Positions 1-10,971 are shown, counted from the stretch's first letter. The stretch: DNA of 64,000 nt from Chloroflexi bacterium UBA5189 (GCA_002413045.1 DHWF01000012.1:13365-77364); one strand, 5' to 3'. Numbers and translations are program-made. Notes: generated by a model from the letters alone, not told the origin.

Positions 1-3000
1 CGTCCTCGCCAGCGCCTCCGCCAGCTCGGGCGGGCGGATCGGCTTGCTGACGTAGTCGTTCATGCCCGCTGCCAGGCAGAGATCGCGATCGCCGGCCATC
101 GCGTTCGCCGTCATCGCCACGATGCGGACGGGGCGGTCCGGCCAGCGCGAGCGGATGCGGCGGGTCGCCTCGAGGCCGTCGAGCTCCGGCATCTGCACGT
201 CCATGAGCACGACGTCGAACTCCTTCGCCTCCAGGGCCTCGATCGCCTGCAACCCGTTCTCCGCCACGTCGGCGGTATAGCCCATGTTGGCCAGCAGCCG
301 CAGGGCGACCTTGCGGTTCACCGCGTTGTCCTCGGCCAGGAGGAGGCGGAGCGGGTGGCGCTCCGCGAGCCCAGGGTCGACGGCCGGCCGCTCCGCAGCG
401 CGCTGCGGAGCCTCGTCACGCGGCCCGGCCACGGACAGCACATTGACCAGGGTGTCGTGGAGCGCTGATGGTTTCACGGGCTTCGTGAGCACGGCGTCCA
501 GCGCTGGGTGGCCGCGTTCGCGCATCGCGATCGACGAAACGAGGACCAGCTTCGGCGGGGCTGGCAGCGCGGCGGCCCGGATCGCGTCGGCGAGGGCCAG
601 TCCATCCATCTCCGGCATCAGCAGGTCGAGAAGCACGACGTCGAACCGCTCGCCCGCGCGGATCCACTCGAGCGCCTGCGCCGGCGATGCCGTGTCCCGG
701 GTCTGCATCGACCAGCGTGCGAGCTGCGCCGCGAGGATCCGCCGGTTCGTCGCATTGTCGTCGACGATCAGGGCGCTCCGCCCGGTGATCTCGACCAGGT
801 CGCGTTCACGCCGCTGCGGCACCGCCGATGCGTCCGCGGCATCGAGCCGTACGACGAGGTGGAACGTCGCCCCCTCGCCCGGGACGCCGGAACTCTCCGC
901 GACGAGGCTTCCGTCCATCGCCTCGGCCAGGCGCCGGCTGATGGCGAGCCCGAGGCCCGTCCCGCCGAAGCGCCTCGAGATCGTCGAATCGGCCTGGGTG
1001 AACGACTGGAATAGCCGGCCGATCCGATCCGCCGGAATCCCGATGCCGGTGTCGCGAACGTCGACCGAGACCTCCCAGCGACCGTCCGTTCCGGCCTTCC
1101 TCTCCGCGCCCGCTACCGGCGCACTGCGGATCGACACGACGATCTCGCCCGACTCGGTGAACTTCACGGCGTTCGACAGCAGGTTGAGCACGATCTGGCG
1201 GAGGCGGCCCTGGTCGCCGGCGACGGCCGCCGGGAGATCACTCGCGACCTCGTAGGCGAGCTCGATGCCCTTCTTCGCGGCGGCCGGCGCGATCAGGTCG
1301 AGGGCGCCCTCGAGCGACGCCGCGAGCGCGAACGGCTCGTGCACCAGGTCGACCTTGCCAGCTTCGATCTTCGAGAAGTCGAGGATGTCGTTGATGATCG
1401 TGAGGAGGGCGTCGCCGGACGTCCGGATCGTATCGGCGAAGTCGTGCTGCTCGTCGTCGAGCTTCGTCTCGAGGAGCAGCCCGCTCATCCCGATGATCGC
1501 GTTCATCGGGGTCCGGATCTCGTGGCTCATCGCGGCCAGGAATGCACTCTTGGCCTGGTTCGCCTCGTCGGCGGCCTTGCGGGCCACGTCCGCCTCGGCG
1601 AACAGGCGCGCGTTGTCGATCGCGATCGTTGCCTGCTGCGACAGCCCGACCAGGAAGTCGAGGTCCGCCTGGGTGAAGACCGGCGCCGTCCCGGAGCGCC
1701 ACACGGCCATCATGCCGCTCAGGCCCTCGCGGCCGAGGAGGGGCGCGACCATCAGGCGCTCCTCCTCGATGGCGTCGTCCACGACCCCCGGGATCGGAAC
1801 GCTCCGCGCGTCGTGCAGCACGTCATTCACGACGTCCGGCCGTCGCTCGGCCGCCGCGGTGCCGATGATTCCCTCGCCCAGGAGGATGTGGTCCGCCTTG
1901 ATCTCGGCGGCGTTCTTCCCGAGCACGGCGATGGCCCTGAACGACTTGCCATCGGGCTCGGCGATGAAGACCGCGCTGGTGTCGGCCTCGAGCAGCGCCT
2001 GGGCCCGCTCGGCGATTCGCCCGAGCAGGCCCTCGCGATCGAGTGTCGCCGAGATCTCGCGGCCGACCTCGGCCAGCTCGGCCATTTCCCGGGCTCGCCG
2101 CTGGGCCTCGCGATAGAGCTGGGCGTTCCGGATCGCCGTGCCGACGTTGGACGCAATCGTCGAGAGCACGCGGGCGTCGGACTCACCGAATCGGCCGGCC
2201 TCGTCGATGCTCTGGACGCTGACGGCGCCGATCGCCTCGTCGCCGACGATGATCGGAACGCCGAGGTAGGACTTGACCGACGTCCCGACCCCCTGTCGGT
2301 CCATCTCCTCGAACTGCTCCGCCGTGTTCATCAGTAGCGGCCGCTTGGAGGCCAGGATCCTCGAGGTCAGGCCCTCGCCGAGCTTCATGGGCGTTCGCGG
2401 GGCCGGCTTGCCGCGCTCGGTCCGGAATGGGAAGTCGATCATCTCCGTGGCCCGGTCGAGCAGCGCCACATACACGATATCCGCCCGGAACGTCGTCTCG
2501 AGCTGCTCGCCGGTCAGCTGGATCAGCCGGTCGAGGTCGAGCTGCGCTGCCGCCGCCTGGCCGACCTCGTTGACGATGGCCAGCTCGCTGGCCCGCTGGC
2601 GCGTCTCACCAACGAGGCGGGCGTTCTCCAGTGCGACGCTCAGGCTCGAAGCCAGGGTCGTCAGAACGCGCGCGTCAGATTCAGTGAAGGCGTTCGTCCG
2701 ATCGACGTTCTGCAGCGAGATGTGGCCGCGGACCTCGGTGCCGGCGATCAGGGGGGCGAAGAGGACCGATTTCGGATGTTCGCCGACCCGGACGACCGGT
2801 TCGATCCCGCTGAGCGCGGTCCAGGCGTCCATGTCGGGAATCAGCACCGGGCCTCGCGAGGCGAGCGCCTGTCTCGCTATCGGCCCTATCTGTCCGGGCT
2901 CGAGGGCGAACCGAACACCCTTCTCGATCGTGTATGGGTAGTGGGCGGTGCCCGCGGCGACGTCGTACAGCCCAATGATGACGACCTGGGCATCGAAGAT

Positions 3001-6000
3001 CTCGGCGATCTTGTCGCCGACGAGGTCGTACATCGCCTGCATGTCCAGCTCGGCGGCGAGGCCCTGCTGGACGCTGTTGATGATCGCCAGCTCGGCGGCG
3101 CGCTCGTTGCTCTGGGCAAGGAGGCGCTTCGTCTCGTCGAACAGCCGGAAGTTCTCCAGGGCAACGCTGAGGCTTCCGGCGAGCGTGCCCAGCAAGCGGA
3201 CGTCGGCGTCGTTATAGGCGTCCTCGCGCTCGAGGTTCTCGATCATGACCAGCCCGGTGACGCGGCCGCCGCTGATCATCGGCATGAACAGCGCAGACAT
3301 GGCGAGCTCACCTTCGATGATCGCGGGCTGGCCTGCCTCTGCCGCCCGAGCCGGCAGATCGCGGTTGATGAGCACGGGCGCCTTCGTCTCAACGAGCTGC
3401 TTCCGGAAGCCGATGAGCGGCCTCGGCTCGTCGGACAGGCGCACGCCGCGTTCGACCGTGTATTCGAAGTGCACGAGACCGGTTGCCGGGTCATAGCTTT
3501 CGATGTCGACGCCGTGGGTGTCGAAGATCTCGCCGATCTTCTCGCCCACCAGGTCGTACATGGCCTGGCGGTCCAGTCGCTCGGCGAGCCCCTGCTGGAC
3601 GCCATTGATGATCGCCAGCTCGGCGGCGCGCTCGGTGCTGTCCTTGAGGAGTCGCTTCGTCTCCTCGAACAGGCGCACATTTTCGAGCGCCACGCTGAGG
3701 CTTGCGGCGAGGGTGGTGAGCAGCCGCACGTCGCCGTCAGTGAACGCATCGGGGCTGTCCATGTTCTGGAGCGAGATGACGCCCGTCCCGACGCCACCGG
3801 TCTTGAGCGGGACGAACAACGCGCTCTTCGGAATCTCCCCCGAGATCACCACGGGATTCCCGTACGCGGGAGCAATGACGGTCATGTCTCCGGTGAGGTT
3901 CAGGGGCTCGCCGCTCTCGAGGACGTACTTCCGGAAGCCGACGATCCCGATTGGGTCGTCGTAGGCGCGTTCACCGCGCTCGATCGAGTAGGCGAAGCGC
4001 ATCACGCCGGCCTCCTGATCGAGGATCGTGATGTCGACCGAGTCGACCTTGAAGATCTCGAGGATCTTGTCGCCGACGAGGTCGTACATCGACTGCATGT
4101 CCAGCCGCGCCGCAAGACCCTGCTGGACGCTGTTGATGATCGCCAGCTCGGCGGCACGCTCGTTCGTCTCGACGAGCAGGTTGTTCGTCTGCTCGAACAG
4201 GCGGGCGTTCTCGAGCGCGACGCCCATGTTCGTGACGATGGTCGAGACGAGGCGCTCGTCGGCTTCGCCGAATGCGTTCGGCGGGTCTGCCGCAAACGCC
4301 ACGAGGCCCGCTGCCTCGTCCCCCGACATGATCGGAACGCCGAGCCACGACTCACCCATCGTGGCGACGTACCCGTCGCGGTATGTCGGCATCAACGCAC
4401 CGTGGTCCAGCTGCTCCTGGAGTGTTCCGAGCCGCAGCGGGCGGCCGGTGCGCAGCACCTCGCTCGACATCCCGGTCCCACCCTGGATCGGCTCGCTGAA
4501 CACGCGGTTGCCGCGGTCAAGCTCATACGGGTACGAGATCAGGTTGGCGATCCGGTCGTAGATCCCGATGTAGATGTCCTTCGCCTGGAACATCGAGGCG
4601 AGGCGGTCGCCGACGAGCTCGACGATGGCCTGGAAGTCGAGCTGCTTCGCCAGCGCCTCGCCGACCTCGTTGATCACCGCCAGCTCAGCGCTGCGCTGCT
4701 CGGTCTCGGTGAGCAGTCGCTTCGTCTCGTCGAACAGGCGCGCGTTTTCGAGCGCGCCGCCCATGCTCCGGGCGAGCGTCGTCAGCAGGCGCTCGTCCGC
4801 CTCGCTGAACACGTGCGGCTTGCGGTCCGACACCGATAGCACGCCGAGGACCTGGTCGCCGGCTCGGATCGGCGCTCCGAGAAATGATTCCGTTCGCACG
4901 CCGATCCACACCGTTCCGAGCGCCTCGGCTTCCTCGGCCGTGCCGAGGCGGAGGGGCTTGCCGGTCGTGATCACGTGCGAGTTGAGCCCCCGGCCGAGCT
5001 CGATCGGCGGAACGTCGCGGTCCCGAACGCCATCCTCGTACCAGTACGGGAACGAGATCGTCTTCGTGGCCGGATCGACGATCGAGATCACCAGATCCCC
5101 GGAGCCGAGAATCTGCCCGACCCGACTGCCGACGGCGTCGATGATCGCGTCGAAGTCGAGCTGCTTCGCCAGCGCCTCGCCGACCTCGTTGACGATCGCC
5201 AGTTCCGCGTTCCGCTGCTCCGTCTCGGCGAGGAGGCGCTTGGTCTCGTCGAACAGGCGCGCGTTCTCGAGCGCGACGCCCATGCTCGCAGCGAGGGTCG
5301 ACAGGAGCCGTTCGTCAGAATCACTGAAGCCGAACCGCGGCCTGCGCTCGAGCGCCACGACCCCGAGGACGCGGTCGCCCGCGAGGATCGGAACGCCAAG
5401 CCAGGACTCGAACTCCTCCGTGTTGCTGGTCGCGACGACAAGCGCTCCGAGGGCATCCGACTCCTCGACCGTGCCCAGGCGGAGTGGCCGGCGCGTTCGA
5501 ATCACTTCCGAGACGAGGCCGGGTCCCAGATCGCGGGAGGGCTGCTCGAACCGCTCCGAGTGATCGATGGCGTACGGCGATGTGAGGCGGTTTGCCTCCG
5601 GGTCGTAGAGGGTGATCTGGCCGGTTTCGACGTCGAAGATCGAGCGGATGCGGTCACCGACGAGGTCGATGATTGCCTGGAAGTCGAGCTGCCTCGACAG
5701 GGCTTCCCCGACCTCGTTGATGAGGGCCAGCTCGGCATTCCGCTGCCTGATCTCGGCGGCTGACCGGGTGCGCTCCAGCGCATCGGCGACGTGTTGCGCG
5801 ACGAATGTCAGGAGGCGCTCGTCCTCGTCGTCGTAACCGATCTCGTCGCGGTAGCTCTGGACGGTGAGGACGCCGATGCTGCGGCCCTCACGCTGGAGTG
5901 GGACCCCGAGGAAATCGGCCGGCAGCGCACCGACGGGCCGAACCCCACTGGTGGCAAAGAGCTGTTCGAGCTCGCTCCTGGATCCATGGAAGGGAAGGCC

Positions 6001-6396
6001 TGTCCGCAGGATGTGGCCCGTGATGCCTCCTGCGTAACCCTCCCCAAGCGGTTCCCACGCGCGCGAATCAGGCCAATCGGTGTCGACCGAATCGACGTAG
6101 AAGGCAAAGTTGATCTGGCGCCGTTTGTCGTCATACAGCGCGATGTACATGTTCTCGGCGTAGAGGAGCGCGCCGAGGATCTCGTGGATGCCTCGGTAGA
6201 ACTCCTCGAGGTCCTGCGCGCGACCCGCGAGATCGGCGATGTTGTACAGGGCGGCCTGCGTCTTCGCCGCCGTCGATTGCCGCTCGACCTTGCCTTCGAG
6301 CGCAGTGATGCGGCGCTTCAGCGCCGCATCCGTCGATGCTTTTTCGTTCGTCGTGATGCCGTTCCTCCGTCGGCGAGGCCGCCCAACCCGCCGCAT
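1..6396 (-). CDS. Hybrid sensor histidine kinase: nine tandem GAF modules + HisKA + HATPase_c + two receiver domains (C-terminus leaves the window; >2131 aa)
   Basis: It is absent from the ORF track because no stop codon lies inside the window. My reverse-strand translation starts at ATG 6396-6394 ([21 protein letters not shown]...). GAF signatures are present (e.g. '[20 protein letters not shown]'). The H-box '[16 protein letters not shown]' lies at about 1530-1483. ATPase boxes 'VRDTGIGIP...[10 protein letters not shown]' lie at about 1059-925. REC1 '[13 protein letters not shown]...[14 protein letters not shown]' lies at about 780-430. REC2 '[13 protein letters not shown]...[14 protein letters not shown]...YVSKPI' lies at about 345-1. 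Confidence 0.9.
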   Translation of the reverse strand, partial: MRRVGRPRRRRNGITTNEKASTDAALKRRITALEGKVERQSTAAKTQAALYNIADLAGRAQDLEEFYRGIHEILGALLYAENMYIALYDDKRRQINFAFYVDSVDTDWPDSRAWEPLGEGYAGGITGHILRTGLPFHGSRSELEQLFATSGVRPVGALPADFLGVPLQREGRSIGVLTVQSYRDEIGYDDEDERLLTFVAQHVADALERTRSAAEIRQRNAELALINEVGEALSRQLDFQAIIDLVGDRIRSIFDVETGQITLYDPEANRLTSPYAIDHSERFEQPSRDLGPGLVSEVIRTRRPLRLGTVEESDALGALVVATSNTEEFESWLGVPILAGDRVLGVVALERRPRFGFSDSDERLLSTLAASMGVALENARLFDETKRLLAETEQRNAELAIVNEVGEALAKQLDFDAIIDAVGSRVGQILGSGDLVISIVDPATKTISFPYWYEDGVRDRDVPPIELGRGLNSHVITTGKPLRLGTAEEAEALGTVWIGVRTESFLGAPIRAGDQVLGVLSVSDRKPHVFSEADERLLTTLARSMGGALENARLFDETKRLLTETEQRSAELAVINEVGEALAKQLDFQAIVELVGDRLASMFQAKDIYIGIYDRIANLISYPYELDRGNRVFSEPIQGGTGMSSEVLRTGRPLRLGTLQEQLDHGALMPTYRDGYVATMGESWLGVPIMSGDEAAGLVAFAADPPNAFGEADERLVSTIVTNMGVALENARLFEQTNNLLVETNERAAELAIINSVQQGLAARLDMQSMYDLVGDKILEIFKVDSVDITILDQEAGVMRFAYSIERGERAYDDPIGIVGFRKYVLESGEPLNLTGDMTVIAPAYGNPVVISGEIPKSALFVPLKTGGVGTGVISLQNMDSPDAFTDGDVRLLTTLAASLSVALENVRLFEETKRLLKDSTERAAELAIINGVQQGLAERLDRQAMYDLVGEKIGEIFDTHGVDIESYDPATGLVHFEYTVERGVRLSDEPRPLIGFRKQLVETKAPVLINRDLPARAAEAGQPAIIEGELAMSALFMPMISGGRVTGLVMIENLEREDAYNDADVRLLGTLAGSLSVALENFRLFDETKRLLAQSNERAAELAIINSVQQGLAAELDMQAMYDLVGDKIAEIFDAQVVIIGLYDVAAGTAHYPYTIEKGVRFALEPGQIGPIARQALASRGPVLIPDMDAWTALSGIEPVVRVGEHPKSVLFAPLIAGTEVRGHISLQNVDRTNAFTESDARVLTTLASSLSVALENARLVGETRQRASELAIVNEVGQAAAAQLDLDRLIQLTGEQLETTFRADIVYVALLDRATEMIDFPFRTERGKPAPRTPMKLGEGLTSRILASKRPLLMNTAEQFEEMDRQGVGTSVKSYLGVPIIVGDEAIGAVSVQSIDEAGRFGESDARVLSTIASNVGTAIRNAQLYREAQRRAREMAELAEVGREISATLDREGLLGRIAERAQALLEADTSAVFIAEPDGKSFRAIAVLGKNAAEIKADHILLGEGIIGTAAAERRPDVVNDVLHDARSVPIPGVVDDAIEEERLMVAPLLGREGLSGMMAVWRSGTAPVFTQADLDFLVGLSQQATIAIDNARLFAEADVARKAADEANQAKSAFLAAMSHEIRTPMNAIIGMSGLLLETKLDDEQHDFADTIRTSGDALLTIINDILDFSKIEAGKVDLVHEPFALAASLEGALDLIAPAAAKKGIELAYEVASDLPAAVAGDQGRLRQIVLNLLSNAVKFTESGEIVVSIRSAPVAGAERKAGTDGRWEVSVDVRDTGIGIPADRIGRLFQSFTQADSTISRRFGGTGLGLAISRRLAEAMDGSLVAESSGVPGEGATFHLVVRLDAADASAVPQRRERDLVEITGRSALIVDDNATNRRILAAQLARWSMQTRDTASPAQALEWIRAGERFDVVLLDLLMPEMDGLALADAIRAAALPAPPKLVLVSSIAMRERGHPALDAVLTKPVKPSALHDTLVNVLSVAGPRDEAPQRAAERPAVDPGLAERHPLRLLLAEDNAVNRKVALRLLANMGYTADVAENGLQAIEALEAKEFDVVLMDVQMPELDGLEATRRIRSRWPDRPVRIVAMTANAMAGDRDLCLAAGMNDYVSKPIRPPELAEALART
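1620..6290 (-). repeat. Array of nine in-frame GAF-module coding repeats inside the kinase gene (unit 519-528 nt)
   Basis: Near-identical DNA occurs at 3007-3112, 3535-3640 and 4063-4168, with offsets of exactly 528 nt; the shared core is cctgctggacgc(t/c)(g/a)ttgatgatcgccagctcggcggc. A second pair, 4633-4768 vs 5152-5287, is offset by 519 nt. Each copy encodes the helix that opens a GAF module: '..AELAIIN(S/G)VQQGL..' or '..AELA(I/V)(I/V)NEVGEAL..QLDF..'. Confidence 0.8.
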
Positions 6397-6468
6397 CGAT
6401 GGTCGATTGGAGCGAGCATAGCGAGCCGCTGAAGCCGCGCGACCGTTCGGCCGCGCTAGGATCGGCCG

Positions 6469-7065
6469 ATGGATGACGCCCGCTGGGTCCGCCCGGTCAC
6501 CCTCGAGGGGCGGATCGTGCGGCTGGAACCGCTGTCACTCGACCACCTCGACGACCTCGAGCGCGTGGCCTTCGAGGGCGACCTATGGCGCTGGACGGTC
6601 GTCCAGCCGACGGACGCGGGCGGCCTCCGCGCCTGGATCGATGTCGCCGTCGCCGCCGCGGACGCGGGCCTCGACCAGCCATTCGCGACCATCGACCAGG
6701 CGACCGGCCGGGCGATCGGCAGCACCCGGTTCATGTCCATCGTGCCGGACCATCGGCGGCTCGAGATCGGCTGGACGTGGGTCGCGCTGGCCCATCAGCG
6801 GACGGGCGCTAACCGCGAGGCCAAGCTCCTGCAGATGACCCATGCGTTCGAGGTGCTCGGCGCAAATCGCGTGGAGTTCAAGACGGATTCGCTGAACACG
6901 AAGGCGAACCCGGGCCTGCTCGGGATCGGGGCGACGTACGAGGGCATGTTCCGGAACCACATGATCATGCCGGGCGGCCGGCTCCGGCACTCGACCTACT
7001 ACAGCGTCATCAGGGACGAGTGGCCGGACGTGAAGGCACGCCTCGAGGCGAAGCTCGCACGATAA
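6469..7065 (+). CDS. GNAT family N-acetyltransferase (RimJ/RimL-like)
   Basis: A 198-aa ORF of normal composition. '[13 protein letters not shown]', '[44 protein letters not shown]' and '..[10 protein letters not shown]' fit the Acetyltransf_3 pattern. Confidence 0.85.
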   Translation: MDDARWVRPVTLEGRIVRLEPLSLDHLDDLERVAFEGDLWRWTVVQPTDAGGLRAWIDVAVAAADAGLDQPFATIDQATGRAIGSTRFMSIVPDHRRLEIGWTWVALAHQRTGANREAKLLQMTHAFEVLGANRVEFKTDSLNTKANPGLLGIGATYEGMFRNHMIMPGGRLRHSTYYSVIRDEWPDVKARLEAKLAR

Positions 7066-7108
7066 GATCGCTCGGCCGGATGACCCGGCACTGTCGAAGG
7101 GGTGCGAC

Positions 7109-7534
7109 GTGATCGACCTGCTGGTCAAGATCCTCATCAACGCGATCGCCGTCGTCGTCGCCGTGCTCGTGATCCCGCAGATCGCGTTTCCCGCCGCTCA
7201 CGACCTGCTCAAGCTGCAGGGCAGCTGGTGGCAGGTGCTCGTCGTCGCGCTGATCCTCGCGGTGATCAACACCTACGTAAAGCCGATCCTCAAGGCGCTC
7301 TCGTTCCCGATCACGCTGCTGACCATGGGCCTGTTCGCGTTCATCCTGAACGCGGTGCTGCTCCTTGTGGTCGCCTACATCGCCCATCTCGTCGACATCA
7401 AGTTCACGATCGGTGGCTTCCCGCCGGGCTTCACCGCCGACTCGTTCATCGGCGCGCTGCTCGGCTCGATCGTGATCAGCATCGTCAGCGTCGTGCTCGG
7501 GCTGCTCAACCGGGGTCGCCGCATCGTCACGTAG
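7109..7534 (+). CDS. Phage holin family IV / DUF360-type small membrane protein
   Basis: 141 aa with a GTG start. It has four hydrophobic helices. 'LINAIAVVVAVLVIPQI', 'YVKPILKALSFPITLLTMGLFAFILNAVLL' and 'IGGF' resemble the 4-TMS holin superfamily IV. Confidence 0.75.
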   Translation: MIDLLVKILINAIAVVVAVLVIPQIAFPAAHDLLKLQGSWWQVLVVALILAVINTYVKPILKALSFPITLLTMGLFAFILNAVLLLVVAYIAHLVDIKFTIGGFPPGFTADSFIGALLGSIVISIVSVVLGLLNRGRRIVT

Positions 7535-7555
7535 GCACCCGTACACTTCCGGCCG

Positions 7556-7885
7556 ATGGGTGCCGTCGACACGATGGAAACGTTCTTCGAAATGCTCAAC
7601 GAGGGCAATCGGCCGGGTGCGGTCGCGCTCTTCGACGAGAAGGTCGAGATGCGCATCCACGTCGGCGACAACGCCCGCACCCTGCGCGGCGTCGAGCAGG
7701 TCGGCGGCTGGTTCCTGCGCGCCGAGCCGGGCCTGAAGATGATCCCCGGAGAGGTCCGCGACCTCGGCATCACCTACCAGGCCGATGTCCTGAGCGTGCG
7801 CCCGGGCGCACCGAGCCAACACCTCGACGCCTCGTTCCGCGTCGAGGCCGGCAAGATCACGAGCATCAACCTCGCCCCTCGCTAG
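7556..7885 (+). CDS. NTF2/SnoaL-like small protein
   Basis: 109 aa. The N-terminal 'ETFFEMLNEGNRPGAVALFDEKVEMRI' and C-terminal 'FRVEAGKITSINL' are typical of SnoaL-like folds. The family assignment is by eye only. Confidence 0.55.
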   Translation: MGAVDTMETFFEMLNEGNRPGAVALFDEKVEMRIHVGDNARTLRGVEQVGGWFLRAEPGLKMIPGEVRDLGITYQADVLSVRPGAPSQHLDASFRVEAGKITSINLAPR

Positions 7886-7900
7886 CGGCGCGTCCGGTGC

Positions 7901-9127
7901 CTAGGTCGAGCCGGGGATCTCGCTGGCGGGGACGTCGGACTTGGCCGGGATGATGATCTGCTGCCCGATCTGGAGCTTGTTCGGATTCGGCACGGTCTGC
8001 GTGTTCGCGGCGATGAGCTCGTTGAGCGGGATGCCGAATCGGCCGGCGATCCTGGACATCGTGTCGCCTGCCTGGACGAGGTAGATCTGCTGCGTCGGCT
8101 GCGGGACGGGCGTCGGGTTGACGCTCGGAATCGCGGTCTGGACCGGGATGCTCGGCGTCGGGGACGCTCCGGCGCCGGGGCTGCCGAACCCGAGCAGGCC
8201 CGGGAGCGCGAACAGCACGGCCGCAGCGAGCGCGAGGGCCACCACGGCCACGAGGATCGGCGGGATCGAGAGCTCCGAGAGCCGGCGCGAGCGGATCGTC
8301 GGGTAGGCCTCGAGCGGCTTCGCCCGCTCCCACTCCGGCGCGGGGCCGGTTCGCTTGTCCTCGGGACGCTCGGGGCGGCCCGTCCGATCGCTGCGCACGA
8401 GGTCACGCTCCCGGTGCCGCACCCGCTGCGGCGGTGCCGGCTCGCTCGCGGCTGCCTCGTCGTCGTCCCACGATTCGGGCGGGCTGTAGGTGGGCAGCAC
8501 CGGTGCCGCCGCCTCGACCCGCGGCGCGTCTACCCGCGGGCGAGTCGGAGCAGGCTGTGCCGCGGGCACGATCGGCGGCAGGTATGCCTCGTCGTCCTCG
8601 TCGGCCTCGTCCATGCCGCCGGGAATCGCCGCGGCCGGGTCCGACGCCACCAGATCGGCGTAGCTGCCGGACAAGCCGCGGCCGCGCCGCGGAACGGGCG
8701 GCGCTGACGGCTCCAACGGCTCGGCATCCGGGTCGTCGGCCCACAGGGATCCCGGGGGCGGTTCGGCGCCGCGATCCCGGCCGGCCCGCGATAGCCACGG
8801 CGGTGGCGCCGCCCAATTGCGCGGCGGGTTCCGCTGGGATTGGGCACCTGTGTCGGACCCGGCGTCGGCGATTCCTGTGCCAGCCGCGTCCTCGTGGGCG
8901 CGTGCCGCCTCCCGCTTCGCCCAGTCCTGGAACGTGGGGCAGACCGGGAACGCCGAGGACAGGCAGTACGCCTCCTGGTGCGCCAGGGCGCGCGGAGCCG
9001 GCTGCGACTCGGCGTAGCAGCGGTGGCGGTGGTCGGGGCTGGCGGCCCGCTCGTCGCGATCGTCCGCGAACGCGACGAATGGACAGGCCGGGGCGCCGTC
9101 GACGATCGGGAGCCCGCGCTCGGTCAT
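7901..9127 (-). CDS. Membrane-anchored LysM protein with a Cys/His-rich cytoplasmic N-domain and a Pro-rich linker
   Basis: This is the C-terminal 408 aa of the 623-aa track ORF. The start ATG at 9127 (MTERGLPIVDG...) lies 20 nt after the stop of the upstream gene. There is one TM segment ('IPPILVAVVALALAAAVLFALPGLL'). The C-terminal LysM reads 'YLVQAGDTMSRIAGRFGIPLNELIAANT...LQIGQQIIIP'. Confidence 0.8.
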   Translation of the reverse strand: MTERGLPIVDGAPACPFVAFADDRDERAASPDHRHRCYAESQPAPRALAHQEAYCLSSAFPVCPTFQDWAKREAARAHEDAAGTGIADAGSDTGAQSQRNPPRNWAAPPPWLSRAGRDRGAEPPPGSLWADDPDAEPLEPSAPPVPRRGRGLSGSYADLVASDPAAAIPGGMDEADEDDEAYLPPIVPAAQPAPTRPRVDAPRVEAAAPVLPTYSPPESWDDDEAAASEPAPPQRVRHRERDLVRSDRTGRPERPEDKRTGPAPEWERAKPLEAYPTIRSRRLSELSIPPILVAVVALALAAAVLFALPGLLGFGSPGAGASPTPSIPVQTAIPSVNPTPVPQPTQQIYLVQAGDTMSRIAGRFGIPLNELIAANTQTVPNPNKLQIGQQIIIPAKSDVPASEIPGST

Positions 9128-9147
9128 CTGATCGGATGATACCCGGC

Positions 9148-10470
9148 TCAGACGACGGGATTCCTCGTGAACCGAGTCGTGCGCGGGGCCTCGAGGTGCC
9201 CGGCCTGAGCAGGGCGCGCCACGGGCCCGTGGGAAGGCCGGGTCGGGACGAGCGCTCGGCCCCGCTCCAGGACCGGCGTCGGGCGCCGAGTCCGTCGCCA
9301 CGCCGGGCGTTGCTGATCGGGGAAGGCAGCGCTGTACGCCCGCGCCACCTCGGGCAGGCCGGCGCGCAGCCAGTCGTCGATTCGCCAGCACAGGATCGGC
9401 GCGATCGCCCCGAGGTAGACGTACGAGCCGAAGTAGCCGCCGAATTGCGCAATCAAGAAGGCGACCGTCCCGGCGGCGATCACGCCATCGATCGAGCGAA
9501 CGCGAAGCCCGCCCAGGATCGCGACGAGCCCGCTGGCCACGTACCGGAGCGTTTCCAGTGAGCGGGCCACGAAGTCCGGCACGATGCCGTCGAGGATCGC
9601 GCCGAGGCTCCAATACGACTGTCGAAGGTGGGTCTGCTGGGCCATCGCGAGGCTCGTTGCGTACGAGTTCACGCCCCAGTCGAAGAGGACCGGCGACCAG
9701 GCGACAACGCTCATGCCGGCGAACGCGATCACCGCCGGCACGCCGGCCCACGCCACGAGCGGCGGCAGCCACGCGATCGCGTACGGCTTGAACGCCACGG
9801 CGACGGCGAGGAGCGCCGCGCCGGCGACCGGCCGGCGCCCGGCAACGGCGAGGGCAAGCAGGATGAACAGGCCCGCGCTGATGTCATTCGACCCATCGAC
9901 GGACGTGAGGACGAGCGGCGGCGCCAGCGCGAAGATCGCCAGGCCCACCGGCCGCCCATTGGCCGCCCGCCAGCCGAAATACAGCGTCAGCCCGACCGCG
10001 ACGAGCACCTCGAGCACGATCGGGTTGCCGACGAACGGCGCGTACCAGGCGATGTCGACCGGACCGTACGGGAACGGCGCACCTGGAGGGTTCGACACGA
10101 AGTAGCCCATCCCGTACGGGTTGCGACCCTGGAGCGCCGTCGTGATGGCCGCCTTGGTCACATCGGTGACGTCCGATGAGATGCGCCCGTACGTCGACCA
10201 CCGCAGCGAGATCGCGCTCGTCACGAGGACGGCGACGGGGAGCCAGCGAAGCTGCCAGCGGGTCGCGGCGAGGAACGTCAGCCCGATCGCGCCCGCGACG
10301 CCGACCGCCGTTCGGTCCGGCCACATCGGCTCGACAGCGAGGACGAGCCCGATGCCCAGCGCCAGCAACCACGCGCCGCTGCGTCCCCGCGGCGGCCGCA
10401 ATTGGAGCAGGCGGCTCACGCCGAGATCCACGGTCGTTTGACAGCCCCGAGGTGCGTCTCGACACTCCAT
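9148..10470 (-). CDS. Polytopic membrane protein, GT-C / DUF2029 (GT87, PimE-like) glycosyltransferase candidate
   Basis: 440-aa ORF with many hydrophobic helices. The first-loop motif 'SSDVTDVTKAAITTALQGRNPYG' resembles the DUF2029 Asp + G.NPY signature. The start is uncertain; GTG at 10419 is an alternative. Confidence 0.65.
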   Translation of the reverse strand: MECRDAPRGCQTTVDLGVSRLLQLRPPRGRSGAWLLALGIGLVLAVEPMWPDRTAVGVAGAIGLTFLAATRWQLRWLPVAVLVTSAISLRWSTYGRISSDVTDVTKAAITTALQGRNPYGMGYFVSNPPGAPFPYGPVDIAWYAPFVGNPIVLEVLVAVGLTLYFGWRAANGRPVGLAIFALAPPLVLTSVDGSNDISAGLFILLALAVAGRRPVAGAALLAVAVAFKPYAIAWLPPLVAWAGVPAVIAFAGMSVVAWSPVLFDWGVNSYATSLAMAQQTHLRQSYWSLGAILDGIVPDFVARSLETLRYVASGLVAILGGLRVRSIDGVIAAGTVAFLIAQFGGYFGSYVYLGAIAPILCWRIDDWLRAGLPEVARAYSAAFPDQQRPAWRRTRRPTPVLERGRALVPTRPSHGPVARPAQAGHLEAPRTTRFTRNPVV

Positions 10471-10530
10471 GGCAACAGTCGATGTCGTTCAGTGGTGTCG
10501 AGCAACGACGCCCAGTACGAAGGAGTTCCG

Positions 10531-10971
10531 ATGTCCATCCGAAGTGCGACCCTCCGATTCCTGGAGCCCAGGACGACCGTCCAGGCGCATTGCGACCTAC
10601 CCTGCGGCATCTACGATCCCGAACAGGCTCGCATCGAGGCCGAGTCGTGCTACAGAGTTATCGAGAAGTACGCGGCCAACGAGGATTCCACGTTCCGTAC
10701 GCGGGCCATCGCGATCAAGGAAGAGCGGGCCGAGCTCGTGAAGCACCACCTCGACGTCCTCTGGCACGACTACTTCAAGCCGGAGCACCTCGAGAAGGTC
10801 CCGAACCTGCATGACCTGTTCTGGCAGGCCAACAAGCAAGTCTCCAAGGTCAAGGCCTCGACCGACCTGGCCGACGCCAAGCGCCTCCTCGAGCTCATTG
10901 ACGAGGTCGATGCGGCGTGGAAGATCACCGGTGGAGAGGCGAAGACCCGCGTTGCGGGTCGTCCGAGCTGA
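10531..10971 (+). CDS. sodN: Nickel superoxide dismutase precursor
   Basis: The Ni-hook 'HCDLPCGIYDP' starts at 10588, directly after a 19-aa leader (MSIRSATLRFLEPRTTVQA). 'AELVKHHLDVLWHDYFKP' is present. A GAAGGAG Shine-Dalgarno precedes the ATG at 10531. The part of the track ORF upstream of 10531 is not credible. Confidence 0.95.
   Translation: MSIRSATLRFLEPRTTVQAHCDLPCGIYDPEQARIEAESCYRVIEKYAANEDSTFRTRAIAIKEERAELVKHHLDVLWHDYFKPEHLEKVPNLHDLFWQANKQVSKVKASTDLADAKRLLELIDEVDAAWKITGGEAKTRVAGRPS

Noticed and set aside
284-5836. Long plus-strand ORFs over the kinase locus, e.g. 2722..4839 (705 aa), 1339..2337, 4574..5563 and 4975..5763.
   Set aside because: They are antisense shadows of the minus-strand kinase gene. 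Their composition is rich in Arg, Asp, Gly and His, and their internal periodic '[28 protein letters not shown]' motif is simply the reverse reading of the GAF-linker repeats. The minus frame gives textbook HisKA, HATPase and REC motifs.
7010-7822. The 270-aa minus-strand ORF, extremely rich in Asp, Glu, Arg and His.
   Set aside because: It lies antisense to the holin-family and SnoaL-like genes, has low-complexity charged composition, and shows no recognisable motif.
8403-9561. Overlapping ORFs of 349 and 375 aa (8403..9452 on the minus strand, 8434..9561 on the plus strand), plus many similar Arg/Pro/Gly-rich ORFs throughout the window. Examples are 11330..12232, 12651..13634, 15051..16079, 22619..23962, 39135..40571, 42631..44772, 45970..47733 and 52571..54088.
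   Set aside because: These are typical high-GC off-frame ORFs. Each overlaps a gene with strong family motifs, and the sequences are dominated by R, P, G and A with no motifs.
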